Notes: generated by a model not told the origin, from the sequence alone. A DNA stretch of 64,000 nucleotides from Candidatus Ornithoclostridium excrementipullorum (GCA_018716085.1 DVKK01000002.1:15380-79379), one strand, 5' to 3'; positions 1 through 9,294 are shown, counted from the stretch's first letter. Translations and numbers: made by a program.

Positions 1-274
1 TGAAACTCGTGCCGTCCCCGACTCCGCCCGTGGAGTGTTTGTCCACCGTGCATTCCCCGTAACGCGACAGGTCGAGAGCGCGCCCGCTGCGTACCATGGC
101 GAGCGTGAGATCGGTCACCTCGCTCTCGGTCATCGAGTTGATCGCGATCGCCATGAGCATGGCGGAATTCTGATAATCGGCGAAGGTTTCCAATCCGTCG
201 ATCCAGAATCCTATCTCGTCCGCAGTAAGCCTTTCTCCGCGCCTCTTTTTCGCTATAAGATCCGTTATCCTCAA
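1..274 (-). CDS. pdp: Pyrimidine-nucleoside (thymidine) phosphorylase, N-terminal 91 codons only; the gene runs off the left edge
   Basis: Absent from the ORF track because there is no stop in the window. The reverse-strand reading from TTG (272-274), with GGGGGAGGG just upstream, gives LRITDLIAKKRRGERLTADEIGFWIDG..DYQNSAMLMAIAINSMTESEVTDLTLAMVRSGRALDLS..VDKHSTGGVGDGTS. This is the N-terminal helical domain and KHSTGGVGD loop typical of Pdp/DeoA. Confidence 0.8.
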   Translation of the reverse strand, partial: MRITDLIAKKRRGERLTADEIGFWIDGLETFADYQNSAMLMAIAINSMTESEVTDLTLAMVRSGRALDLSRYGECTVDKHSTGGVGDGTSF

Positions 275-303
275 GATCCCTCCCCCGCGGATAACGGAAC
301 GCG

Positions 304-636
304 TTATCTGCGTTTCTGCGCCATATCGCACAACCGCTCCACTTGTTCGGCTGTGCCCTGCTTGCCCTGTTTGCTTATCGCGTAATACAGATCCGCGTCG
401 GTCGTGACCTCCACGCGGGCGTATCCCATATCGGTCAGAGCTTTCTTCACGCTTTCGCGGAATGCGTTGATGGCGGACAGCGTGAACATGGGCTTCGTTA
501 TGAGCCCGACGGCTATCGCGTCTTTACCCGACGCGGAATAGCACCATTCCGTCACTTCCGGCAGGGACGAGATATAGAGATCGGTCTCGTCCAGGACCGC
601 CACCGTCTGTTGCTGCGCGTACATATCGATGTCCAT
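304..636 (-). CDS. Hypothetical protein (110 aa)
   Basis: C-terminal part of track ORF 304..993. The upstream 119 residues are Arg-rich and overlap rsfS out of frame, so I trimmed to the ATG at 634-636 (MDIDMYAQQQTVAVLDE...). No family recognised and the RBS is weak. Confidence 0.4.
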   Translation of the reverse strand: MDIDMYAQQQTVAVLDETDLYISSLPEVTEWCYSASGKDAIAVGLITKPMFTLSAINAFRESVKKALTDMGYARVEVTTDADLYYAISKQGKQGTAEQVERLCDMAQKRR

Positions 637-665
637 ACCCCGAATATGCCCCGCGCGGGTCCTTT

Positions 666-1022
666 TTATTCTCCTTCGCCGAAATGCGACACGTTGGTCC
701 CGTCGCCCCAGAGCTGTTCGAGCGAATAGGTCTTGCGCGTTTCTTCCTCGAATACGTGTACTATCACGCTGCCGTAATCGAGCACGACCCATTTGCCGCC
801 GCTTCTGCCTTCGGTGCGCAGTACGCGTACGCCGTATTCTTTCTCCATGATCTCTTCGAGATTTTCGGCGAGAGCCTTGACCTGAGTCGTGGATCTGCCG
901 CTCGCGAGCACGAAATAATCCGCGACTACCGTCAGCCCTTCCAACGAGATCACGGCGACGTCGATCGCTTTTTTGGAATCGAGCGTCTTGCAAATAAGTT
1001 CTTTGAGTTGTTCTGTCTGCAT
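666..1022 (-). CDS. rsfS: Ribosomal silencing factor RsfS (iojap-like)
   Basis: The 118 aa sequence MQTEQLKELICKTLDSKKAIDVAVISLEGLTVVADYFVLASGRSTTQVKALAENL...WVVLDYGSVIVHVF..E.R..Y.LE.LW is the characteristic RsfS pattern. It follows nadD/yqeK, as in other Firmicutes. Confidence 0.9.
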   Translation of the reverse strand: MQTEQLKELICKTLDSKKAIDVAVISLEGLTVVADYFVLASGRSTTQVKALAENLEEIMEKEYGVRVLRTEGRSGGKWVVLDYGSVIVHVFEEETRKTYSLEQLWGDGTNVSHFGEGE

Positions 1023-1039
1023 ATGTTCTCCGTTTTCGT

Positions 1040-2203
1040 TTATTCTTTACTTTCCGCCGTCGGGAGCACGCCGTAATAAGCCGCCGCGACTTCGGTCAAG
1101 GGATATATGTCCGCGCCCTTTGCGACGAGGTATCCGTACGACCTTGCCAGACAGGCGCGGAAACCTCTCTCGAAATCTTCTCTTATCATACGCCGCAATT
1201 CGGCCACTCCTTCGAAATCGCGCTTGTCTTCCAGCATATCGGCGCAGAAGATCAGCTTGTCCAAAGCGGTCATGTCCGGTTTGCCCGTACAGTGACACTC
1301 TATCGCGGCAAGCACTTCCGCGTCGTCTATCCCGTAGACCGTACGCGCGAGATAAGCGCCGTAGAACTGGTGTTCCACCTCGGTGCCTACGCTGTCCGGC
1401 GGCGAAGGAGAGGGATCGTGAGGCATACGGCATATCTTCTTTGCGCAATCGTGGAGCATCGCCGCCAGAAAGACCTTGTCGCGGTCAAGCCCCAATGCGC
1501 ATTCGAAGTCGAGTCCGAGAGCGCAGACGACGGTGCGTTTGATGTGTTCGTACGTCTTTTTCTCCACCTGCGAAGCCAGCTTGTCCGCAAGAGGAGCGTA
1601 CTCGCAGTACAGCCCCCTGTCCGCGATATACCGCGCCACCGACGGCGCGATCAGCGAATAATCGCGCATCTCCGCAAGATAGCGCGCCGCCGTGGACGAC
1701 ACTCCGTCCGGAGTGAATCCGTCGGCATGGATACGGGCTCCGCGCGAACGCCAATAGGCGAGCGCACGCGCAAATTCCCCGTCGCGATCCTTGCGCGGGA
1801 ACGCAAGTATCGGAGCGGCGGCGATCACCTTGTCGGGATCGCGCCATTTGTCCATATCTATAAGACTGTCGCCGCCTATGACGAACACGCAGTCGCCGTA
1901 CTTCTCCGTCAGTCGGGGCAGCATATCCTTGCTGTAATGCACTTCCCCGTCCTCGCCCTCGGACGTGTCCACGACCGTGTTCGGCAACTCCGCGGCGGCG
2001 AGCCTGAGCATCGCCTCTCTGTCGGAGAAATCGGCGGTGCAACGCTTGTGGGGCGGATTGCCCGACGGGACGAATACCACCCTGTCGCATCCCAGTTCCA
2101 ACGCCCTTGCCGCCATCTGTATATGCGCGTTGTGCGGAGGATCGAACGCGCCTCCGAGCAACGCCGTGCCGTGTAACGGTTTCATGTTTTTATTATATAT
2201 CAT
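1040..2203 (-). CDS. nadD: Fusion protein: nicotinate-nucleotide adenylyltransferase NadD (N-terminal) plus YqeK-type HD phosphohydrolase (C-terminal)
   Basis: 387 aa. The N-terminal half carries GGAFDPPHNAH (GxFxPxHxxH) and VSSTAARY (ISST) NadD motifs. The C-terminal half carries LHDCAK, the HD-domain histidines and HCTGKPDM (HTTG-like), typical of YqeK. One uninterrupted ORF. Confidence 0.85.
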   Translation of the reverse strand: MIYNKNMKPLHGTALLGGAFDPPHNAHIQMAARALELGCDRVVFVPSGNPPHKRCTADFSDREAMLRLAAAELPNTVVDTSEGEDGEVHYSKDMLPRLTEKYGDCVFVIGGDSLIDMDKWRDPDKVIAAAPILAFPRKDRDGEFARALAYWRSRGARIHADGFTPDGVSSTAARYLAEMRDYSLIAPSVARYIADRGLYCEYAPLADKLASQVEKKTYEHIKRTVVCALGLDFECALGLDRDKVFLAAMLHDCAKKICRMPHDPSPSPPDSVGTEVEHQFYGAYLARTVYGIDDAEVLAAIECHCTGKPDMTALDKLIFCADMLEDKRDFEGVAELRRMIREDFERGFRACLARSYGYLVAKGADIYPLTEVAAAYYGVLPTAESKE

Positions 2204-2273
2204 TCGCGCCGACTAATCAATAAAAAACTCCGACGGGAACTCCGACGCTCCGTTCCGCGCCGACGATTCCCGC

Positions 2274-2316
2274 AAAAAAACGCAAGGCGGAAAGAACTCA
2301 ACGCAGTTCTTCCGCC
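2274..2316 (-). terminator. Rho-independent terminator after the 90-aa ORF
   Basis: A GGCGGAAGAACT/AGTTCTTTCCGCC hairpin overlaps the stop codon and is followed by TTGCGTTTTTTT on the reverse strand. Confidence 0.5.
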
Positions 2317-2570
2317 AATACCCCGTAAACTTCGACCGCCTCTCTGATCTCCTTTTCGCGCCGACAGCATTCTCCGAACCGCCAGACCTTGGGATGTCTG
2401 GGCTCCGTCGCCGCTATCATCGCAACGTCGGCACGGTATCGCGGATCGTCCATTTCGCTCACGGCGATCTTCAACCGCATAAGGCGGTCGGAGATATCGT
2501 CGCTCTTGAACAGAAAGCCGAGGATCTCGTCGAGATCGGTCTTGCGCAGCTGCGCTTCCTCAAACGTCAT
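2298..2570 (-). CDS. Hypothetical small protein (90 aa)
   Basis: Track ORF with GGGAGG 5 nt upstream of the ATG and a hairpin plus T-run terminator overlapping its stop. No family recognised. Confidence 0.45.
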   Translation of the reverse strand: MTFEEAQLRKTDLDEILGFLFKSDDISDRLMRLKIAVSEMDDPRYRADVAMIAATEPRHPKVWRFGECCRREKEIREAVEVYGVLAEELR

Positions 2571-2667
2571 ATGCGCCTCCCTCGCCGCGCCCGACGCGCG
2601 GCGCTATCCGATTACAGCATATTGCGCGCGGGGCGAAATGTCAATACCGAAACGGAAAATTCCTCCC

Positions 2668-5337
2668 CTATCGGCGCAGATCGACCGAGAATTCGACCGT
2701 CGCGCTCTTCCCCGCAGACAATTTCACGGTCTTTTTCTCTCCCGACGGTCCGCATGACACGACAATAGTCTGATCGACGTCCGAACGCAGTTCCGCCTTT
2801 ACCCTGCCTTTTTCGGCGGACCACTCCAACCGCGTGAGTACGGCGCGCGAACGCAGCCTCAGGCCGCTTATGCTGCCTTCGTCGAAACCGCTCTGCGGCA
2901 GCGCGGGCAGCAACTCCGTTTCTCCCGGCGCGGAATAGACTAAACATTCGTTGATTATCCCGGTGTATCCTATCGCGAAATCGGTGCAATAGCCGCTGTT
3001 GGCGTTGGTATGATGATTGGTGAGCAGGGAATCGTACCAGATGTTGCTGTTCATCAGATCGGACAGCGCGTCGGTCACTATCTCCCTGTCGCCGAGCCTC
3101 GCGCCTATCAGCGCCCTGTGCACGAGCGCATGGCTTGCGTCGTTCTCGCTGACGCGGTTGGCTACCGCCTGCCTTGCGGCGGCTTCCAGCCCGGGATCGC
3201 TTTTGGTCATATCCAACGGCCAGACGCAGTACAGATGACTGAGATGCCTGTGCTCGTTGTTCTCGGCAAAGTCGTAGCACGCCCACTCCTTGATCGCTCC
3301 GCTGTTATCGTATATCAGCGGGGGCAGGTCTTCGGCGAGCGCCTGCCATTCCGGCTGCACGGCCTCTCCGATCGATCCCGCTATATCGACGAGCATCGCC
3401 ACGTTGCTTGCGCAGGCGGCTATATCGATAGCGGCGTTCGCCGCCGCGGGCGACGGATATCCCGACGGCGTGTTCTCGGGAGAATACGACGGGACTATGC
3501 AGTAGCTTTCGCCGTCCGAAAGCGAAGTCTTGCCCTCGGAATAATGTATGTATCCTTCGGGATCGGTGTAATATTCGGGCGTGAGAAGCTGTTCCCAGTA
3601 ATTGTACGACTTGATCAGCAGCGGATAGAGTATCTCGCTGCGCAGATCGAGATATCCGCGCGCCTTTATCGCCGCGATATCGGAGTCCGAAAGGTCTTCC
3701 TCTTCGGGCGACAGCACCGACCTCAGCTCGTCAAGATCGAATTCGTCCGTGACGGGTATGCGCATATCTCCGTAACACTGCAAAGTTTCGTACAGCGGAT
3801 AAAGCAGCCACGCCGCGCCGGCGTTCCAATATCTGAACGGATAGGGATAGGCGCTTTCGGTCATCAGCGCCATATCGCCGTCGCTGTTGACGGGCGCCTG
3901 TATCGCGTCGGAGTAACCGTGAGTGGCGAGCGCATTGTCCTCCCAGTCTGCGACCTGCCTCAATATAAAATTCACATACCCGACGGGAGCCGTGGATATG
4001 TTGCCGGTATTCATGGCGGAAACCTGCAGGTTGACGTTGGCGTCCATCGTATATTTCGAACCCCATTCCGACGCCCATTCGCCCGTCCACATACCGTACA
4101 GGCGGCTCGTGCTCGTACCCGAACAGCATATCTGCGCGTATCTTCCCGAATAGTACGCCCTCTCCGCCAAAGAAGCGTCGAGCGTGCCCGACATCATATT
4201 CTGCAGATTCGCCGCCGAAAGCTTCTCGTTGGGGATATCGTATCTTCCGCCGAGCGAAAACGATACGGAGTTGAATATAGGCGAATATATCGCAGTATGC
4301 GCGTCAAGAGCCGCGTCTATCCCGAAAGAATCTCCGTCGGCGTACTTCTCCGCGACGGCGCGGGTCTTATCGCGCAGAGAGCGTATGAGTCCTCCGTCCG
4401 TACCGATATCGTCCATGTCGTAAGTACGGTCCGACGCCGCGATCACGTACACGTTCTCCGCGTCCTTTATCTCGACGACGCCTTCGGAGTCCCCCGCGTA
4501 CTGAGTTTCGGCGGGAGCTTCGCGTTCCGTTCCCCTCTTCGAGCCTCCTTCCGCGACTATATAGCAGACGGTCGCGTAACCGCCGTCTTTGAGTTCGCTG
4601 TTCGCATACGACGGATACTTTGCGGCGAAAGTGAGGAACGAACCGTCGGCGTCCGCGCGTTTCGTATACCGCAGATCCGTTTCGCTGCCTCTGCCGAACT
4701 TCATCATTGCCGATATGTCGTCGTACGACAACGTCACGTCGACTTTCTCTCCTTTGTCGGAAGCGCTTATCTGCGTGATCGTCACGTCGTCCGCAAACGA
4801 AGTGAACGTTATCCTGTCCCACTGCCCTCCGTCGTCCGTATAGCGGGTCCCGACTACCGCCGTTTCGTAATCCGTATAACGCATATAGCCGCTCTCGCCG
4901 CCGCCTTCGCTCTTTATCCGAAGCACGCCTCCCGGATGGTAGCAGTAAACGTCGTCGTAAGACTGCGTATCGGTGATGTCACGCCCTTCGATTATGTTCC
5001 TGCGTACCTCTTCGAGCTGCGCCGACGTATCGGGATTGACCCTCGGATTGTCGTTCGGGAGTATAAAATGTATGTTTTGGAAAATTATCGTATCGTCGTA
5101 AGGCGATCCCGATATCACGGCGCCCTGACCGCCGTTGCCGGTCACCATACCCTCGCGCCAGCGGTTGGAGCCGTGGCTGTCCTCGCCGAGAGTGAAATAA
5201 GCGTTGGAAAACGACGACTTAGCGTCGATCTCGAATTGCGAACCGTTGTACGGCTTACAGCCCGCAAACGCGAGCGCCGCCGCTGCCAGCGCCAGTATCG
5301 CCGCCGTTATGTATGCAGCCCTTTTCTTTCTGAACAT
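2668..5337 (-). CDS. Glycoside hydrolase family 95-like lipoprotein (alpha-L-fucosidase/galactosidase type)
   Basis: 889 aa. Signal peptide with lipobox (LAFAG|C). The N-terminal GNGGQGAVISG..IIFQN block, a YTMDANVNLQ-type block and EHRHLSHLYCVWP resemble conserved GH95 segments. Confidence 0.75.
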   Translation of the reverse strand: MFRKKRAAYITAAILALAAAALAFAGCKPYNGSQFEIDAKSSFSNAYFTLGEDSHGSNRWREGMVTGNGGQGAVISGSPYDDTIIFQNIHFILPNDNPRVNPDTSAQLEEVRRNIIEGRDITDTQSYDDVYCYHPGGVLRIKSEGGGESGYMRYTDYETAVVGTRYTDDGGQWDRITFTSFADDVTITQISASDKGEKVDVTLSYDDISAMMKFGRGSETDLRYTKRADADGSFLTFAAKYPSYANSELKDGGYATVCYIVAEGGSKRGTEREAPAETQYAGDSEGVVEIKDAENVYVIAASDRTYDMDDIGTDGGLIRSLRDKTRAVAEKYADGDSFGIDAALDAHTAIYSPIFNSVSFSLGGRYDIPNEKLSAANLQNMMSGTLDASLAERAYYSGRYAQICCSGTSTSRLYGMWTGEWASEWGSKYTMDANVNLQVSAMNTGNISTAPVGYVNFILRQVADWEDNALATHGYSDAIQAPVNSDGDMALMTESAYPYPFRYWNAGAAWLLYPLYETLQCYGDMRIPVTDEFDLDELRSVLSPEEEDLSDSDIAAIKARGYLDLRSEILYPLLIKSYNYWEQLLTPEYYTDPEGYIHYSEGKTSLSDGESYCIVPSYSPENTPSGYPSPAAANAAIDIAACASNVAMLVDIAGSIGEAVQPEWQALAEDLPPLIYDNSGAIKEWACYDFAENNEHRHLSHLYCVWPLDMTKSDPGLEAAARQAVANRVSENDASHALVHRALIGARLGDREIVTDALSDLMNSNIWYDSLLTNHHTNANSGYCTDFAIGYTGIINECLVYSAPGETELLPALPQSGFDEGSISGLRLRSRAVLTRLEWSAEKGRVKAELRSDVDQTIVVSCGPSGEKKTVKLSAGKSATVEFSVDLRR

Positions 5338-5357
5338 AACTCCTCCCTGTCAAGATC

Positions 5358-5386
5358 ATGATAACATATACGCGCCCGCAGGTCAA
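5358..5386 (-). promoter_or_regulatory. Candidate sigma-A promoter of the GH95 gene
   Basis: The reverse strand reads TTGACC-17 nt-TATCAT. It lies very close to the RBS, giving a short leader. Confidence 0.4.
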
Positions 5387-5443
5387 TTCCGTTTATGTAC
5401 GGCTCAAACGCCGTTTTGTCAATAAAAAAATTCGGACGGCGGC

Positions 5444-5468
5444 AAAAAAGGCGCGCCGTCGGCACGCC
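5444..5468 (-). terminator. Rho-independent terminator after the DAHP synthase gene
   Basis: An 8-bp GC hairpin with one mismatch is followed by TTTTTT on the reverse strand. Confidence 0.45.
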
Positions 5469-5497
5469 TTTTCGAAACCGTATCGCTTTTTTGAAAT

Positions 5498-6526
5498 TCA
5501 GAGTTTGTCGGCGATATCGCGCAGCAGTCTTTCGGTCTTTTCCCATCCAAGACACGGGTCGGTGATGGACTTTCCGTAGACGTTGTCCGATGGCTTCTGC
5601 GCGCCGTCTTCTATGTAACTCTCTATGAGGAAGCCTTTTACGTAACGGCGCAGTCTTTCGCTGTGGCGTATGTTGTCCGTGACTTCCTTTGCGATCCTTA
5701 TCTGCTCGATGAATTTCTTCCCGCTGTTGCTGTGGTTGGTGTCGATGATGACGGCGGGGTTTTTCAGCCCCTGAGCCTCGTACATATCGGCAAAGCGCAT
5801 GAGATCCTCGTAATGGTAGTTGGGCACGTTGTTCCCGTAAACGTCGACGCTCCCGCGCAGAATGGCGTGGGCGTACGGATTGCCTTCCGTCCTCACCTGA
5901 CAGGTGCGGTACTTGAATTCGTTGGGTATCTGCGCCGCGTATATCGAATTGAGCGTGACGGGGAAACTGCCGTTCATGGGATTCTTTATACCGCACGGTA
6001 TATCCACTCCGCTCGCGACCAGTCTGTGCTGTTGGTCTTCGGACGAACGCGCGCCCACCGCGACGTACGTCAGAAGGTCGTCCAGATATACGTGGTTTTC
6101 GGGATAGAGCATCTCGTCCGCGGCGGACAGTCCGCTCTCGGAAATGGCGCGGATGTGCATCTTGCGCAGCGCTATTATCCCCGCCTGTATGTCGGTCTCC
6201 TCCTTATGCGGATCGGGGTTGTGCAGTATGCCCTTATATCCCTCTCCCTTGGTGCGAGGCTTATTGGTGTATATGCGCGGGATCACGAACAGCTTGTCCC
6301 TTACCTCTTCGGCAAGACGCGCAAGCCTCGATACGTAATCGCAGACCGCGGCCTCGTTGTCCGCGGAACACGGCCCGACGATCATTATCAGTCTGTCGTC
6401 TTCGCCGCGCAGGATGGCTTTTGCCTCCTCGTCGCGGCGCTCCTTTATCGCCGTTATCTGCGGCGTGACGGGTTCGAGCGCCTTGATCTCTTCGGAGCTC
6501 ATTATCTGTTTGACCTTGAAAAACAT
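5498..6526 (-). CDS. 3-deoxy-7-phosphoheptulonate (DAHP) synthase, class I
   Basis: Track ORF 5498..6697 trimmed to the ATG at 6524-6526 (MFFKVKQIMSSEEIK...). Contains DDRLIMIVGPCSADN, KPRT..GYKG and IDTNHSNS-type blocks of AroF/G/H-like enzymes. An alternative start lies at 6502. Confidence 0.85.
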   Translation of the reverse strand: MFFKVKQIMSSEEIKALEPVTPQITAIKERRDEEAKAILRGEDDRLIMIVGPCSADNEAAVCDYVSRLARLAEEVRDKLFVIPRIYTNKPRTKGEGYKGILHNPDPHKEETDIQAGIIALRKMHIRAISESGLSAADEMLYPENHVYLDDLLTYVAVGARSSEDQQHRLVASGVDIPCGIKNPMNGSFPVTLNSIYAAQIPNEFKYRTCQVRTEGNPYAHAILRGSVDVYGNNVPNYHYEDLMRFADMYEAQGLKNPAVIIDTNHSNSGKKFIEQIRIAKEVTDNIRHSERLRRYVKGFLIESYIEDGAQKPSDNVYGKSITDPCLGWEKTERLLRDIADKL

Positions 6527-9060
6527 CAGCCCTTTACCTCGTAACCCGCATCTTCGACCGCCTTTTTCAGCAACGCGGGGTCTATTTCCTTCTCCGCGGT
6601 CACGGTCGCGGTCTTTGCGTCTTTGTCCGCCTTGCAGTCGGTCACGCCGGGGATCGCCTTTATGGCGTCCGAAACGTGCTTCTCGCAGTGCGCGCACATC
6701 ATTCCTTCTACCTTAACGGTAAACGTCTTCATTTCGTCCTCCTTGACTTCGCACGGACAGGATACGGGGCCCTCTCCCGCGGGACATGCCGCCGCGCCCT
6801 CTCTCCCGCCGCCGTCTATTATATTATTTTTCTCTTTGTTTTTCAACCGTTTGGGCTTGAATGCGCTCAATCTCAGAGCGTTCAGCACCACGCTCACGGA
6901 CGAAAGGCTCATCGCCAGCGCCGCTATCATGGGATCGAGCAGAGGTCCGCCCAAAACGTAGACAGCGCCCGCGGCGAAAGGTATGCCCAATATGTTGTAG
7001 ATGAACGCCCAGAACAAATTCTCCTTTATGTTCCGAACGGTCGCCCTGCCAAGTTCCAGAGCGTATGCCGCTCCGCCTACGTCGCCGCCCACGAGCACTA
7101 CGTCCGCGCTCTCCACCGCTATGTCGCTGCCCTCGCCTATCGCTATCCCCACGTCCGCCTGAGTCAGAGCGGGAGCGTCGTTTATACCGTCGCCGACCAT
7201 CGCGACCTTTTTGCCCGAATCCATCAACGATCTGACCTTTTCGGCTTTGTCGCCGGGCAGGACCTCGCTTATCGCCTCGTCTATGCCCGCCTCCGACGCT
7301 ATCGCGCGGGCTGTTGCGGAATTGTCGCCCGTCAGCATCACGGTCTTTACGTTTTGCGAGTGCAGATCCGATATAAGCTCTTTGGCTCCCGACCTCAATC
7401 CGTCCGCGAGCGCGACCACTCCGACAGCCTTTCCGTCGTATGCCGCGGCGACTACGCTCGCGCCCATGGAGTACGCCTCGTCCAGAGCCTCTCGTATCGG
7501 CGCGACGTCCGCGCCCTCTTTTTCCAGAAAAGCCTGTTTGCCGCACAGCAGCACTTTGCCGTTCAGGACCGCCTTGACGCCGTATCCGCTCACGTTTTCC
7601 GCGCTTTCGGCTTCGATACGCGGCGCTCCCTGTTCGTCGGCGTGATCGGCAACGGCTTTTGCCAAAGGATGAGAGCTCTGCCTCTCCGCCGCCGCGATCA
7701 GCGACAGCAAAGACTTTTCGTCCCCGTCCGCGGCAAAGACCTTGCGCACTTTGGGGATGCCCTCCGTCACGGTACCCGTCTTGTCGAGCACCACCGTATC
7801 GATGTGCGCGCATCTTTCGAGCGCCTCGGCGTTTTTGTACAAAATGCCTATCTTCGCGCCCGCTCCGCTTCCCGTGATGATCGCGGTAGGAGTAGCCAAT
7901 CCCAACGCGCACGGACAGGCTATCGTCAGTACGGATACGAACACCTTTATCACGAACGCGCTGTCCTCGCCGCCCGCAGTCGCCCATATCACCGCCGCGA
8001 TCACCGCGATCGCCATGACGGACGGAACGAATATCTTGCTCACCTTGTCCGCGAGTCTGGCTATCGGAGCTTTACTGTTCTGTGCGTTCTCGACCAGTCT
8101 GATGATCTTGCTGAGCATCGTGTCGCCTCCGACGCCCGTCGCTCTGAATTTCAGCGTGCCGTCGCCGTTTACCGTGCCGCCGATGACTTTATCTCCCGGT
8201 CCCTTGTCCACGGGAAGGCTCTCTCCCGTCAGCATGCTCTCCTGCACGGCGCTCTCGCCTTCCTCGACTATGCCGTCGCAGCAAAAGCTCTCGCCCGCTC
8301 TCACCATGACAAGATCGCCCACGACGACGTCGGACGCGTCTATCCTGACGAACTCTCCGTTTCTCTCGACGTACGCCTCCTTGGGCGCAAGCATCGTGAG
8401 TTTGGAGATCGCCTCCCCCGTCCTTGCGAGAGCGCGGTGTTCGAGATATTTGCCCAACGATATAAGGGCCAGTATCACCGCTGCGGATTCGAAATACAGG
8501 TTGTGAACGGCGTGAGCGTCGCCGTTGCAGACGAGTACGAAACCGTAAACGCTGTACGCGAACGCCGCGGTAGTGCTGACCGCGACCAGAGAGTCCATGT
8601 TGGGATCAAGTCGGAACAGATTGCGGTATCCTCGGACGTAAATCTTCCAGCTCACCGCAAGCACGGGCACGCACAGCACTATCTGTACCAGAGCGAATAC
8701 GAACGGATTGCCGTCCGGCGATATGGCGTCGGGATACGGCACGCCTATCATCGGCAGCATTGCCCACAACAGCAAAGCCGCTCCCAACACTATCCTTATA
8801 ACGGCGAACACGAGATCGGTATCGACCTTGACTCCGACTTTGGACGGCTTGCCGAACTCGGCGCCGTAACCCGCCTTGGAGATCGCCGCAGCGAGCGCCT
8901 GCTCGTCGACTTTCTTTTCGTCATATTCGACTACGGCTTTACCGCTGGCGAAATTGACGTCCGCCCTTCTGACGCCGTCCAGTTTGAGCAGAGCCTTCTG
9001 ACAGCTTGCGCTGCAAACGACGCAGCTCATCCCCTTTATAGAAAAAATAACGCTTTTCAT
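6526..9060 (-). CDS. copA: Copper-translocating P1B-type ATPase with N-terminal and C-terminal heavy-metal-associated domains
   Basis: 844 aa. N-terminal HMA (GMSCVVCS), CPC in ACPCALGLATP, DKTGT, GDGINDAP, and a C-terminal 68-aa HMA domain (MKTFTVKVEGMMCAHCEKHV...). Confidence 0.9.
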   Translation of the reverse strand: MKSVIFSIKGMSCVVCSASCQKALLKLDGVRRADVNFASGKAVVEYDEKKVDEQALAAAISKAGYGAEFGKPSKVGVKVDTDLVFAVIRIVLGAALLLWAMLPMIGVPYPDAISPDGNPFVFALVQIVLCVPVLAVSWKIYVRGYRNLFRLDPNMDSLVAVSTTAAFAYSVYGFVLVCNGDAHAVHNLYFESAAVILALISLGKYLEHRALARTGEAISKLTMLAPKEAYVERNGEFVRIDASDVVVGDLVMVRAGESFCCDGIVEEGESAVQESMLTGESLPVDKGPGDKVIGGTVNGDGTLKFRATGVGGDTMLSKIIRLVENAQNSKAPIARLADKVSKIFVPSVMAIAVIAAVIWATAGGEDSAFVIKVFVSVLTIACPCALGLATPTAIITGSGAGAKIGILYKNAEALERCAHIDTVVLDKTGTVTEGIPKVRKVFAADGDEKSLLSLIAAAERQSSHPLAKAVADHADEQGAPRIEAESAENVSGYGVKAVLNGKVLLCGKQAFLEKEGADVAPIREALDEAYSMGASVVAAAYDGKAVGVVALADGLRSGAKELISDLHSQNVKTVMLTGDNSATARAIASEAGIDEAISEVLPGDKAEKVRSLMDSGKKVAMVGDGINDAPALTQADVGIAIGEGSDIAVESADVVLVGGDVGGAAYALELGRATVRNIKENLFWAFIYNILGIPFAAGAVYVLGGPLLDPMIAALAMSLSSVSVVLNALRLSAFKPKRLKNKEKNNIIDGGGREGAAACPAGEGPVSCPCEVKEDEMKTFTVKVEGMMCAHCEKHVSDAIKAIPGVTDCKADKDAKTATVTAEKEIDPALLKKAVEDAGYEVKG

Positions 9061-9116
9061 TGCCGTTCCTCGCCTGCCAGTTAATCCCTATCGATTTGGT
9101 AGACTTTCTTTCACAT

Positions 9117-9145
9117 ATGATACCATCTCACGCGGCGGTTGTCAA
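9117..9145 (-). promoter_or_regulatory. Candidate sigma-A promoter of copA
   Basis: The reverse strand reads TTGACA-17 nt-TATCAT, about 55 nt upstream of the copA ATG. Confidence 0.45.
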
Positions 9146-9294
9146 CGGTATCCCCAGGTTGACAGGTCGTATTATTCCGTATTCCTGCCCGAAGCAAACC
9201 GCAACGAAGGCTTTTTGCCCTAAACGCGACTTACCGTATGTCCCGAATTTTTGTCGGAATATCCGTCGGCGAAAAAATCTCTCCGCAAGGAACG

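Noticed and set aside
9061-9160. A CsoR- or CopY-type operator upstream of copA.
   Set aside because: Only weak partial symmetry (TACC...GGTA, GGGGATACC) is visible. There is no TACAnnTGTA CopY box and no copper repressor gene in the window, so a call cannot be supported.
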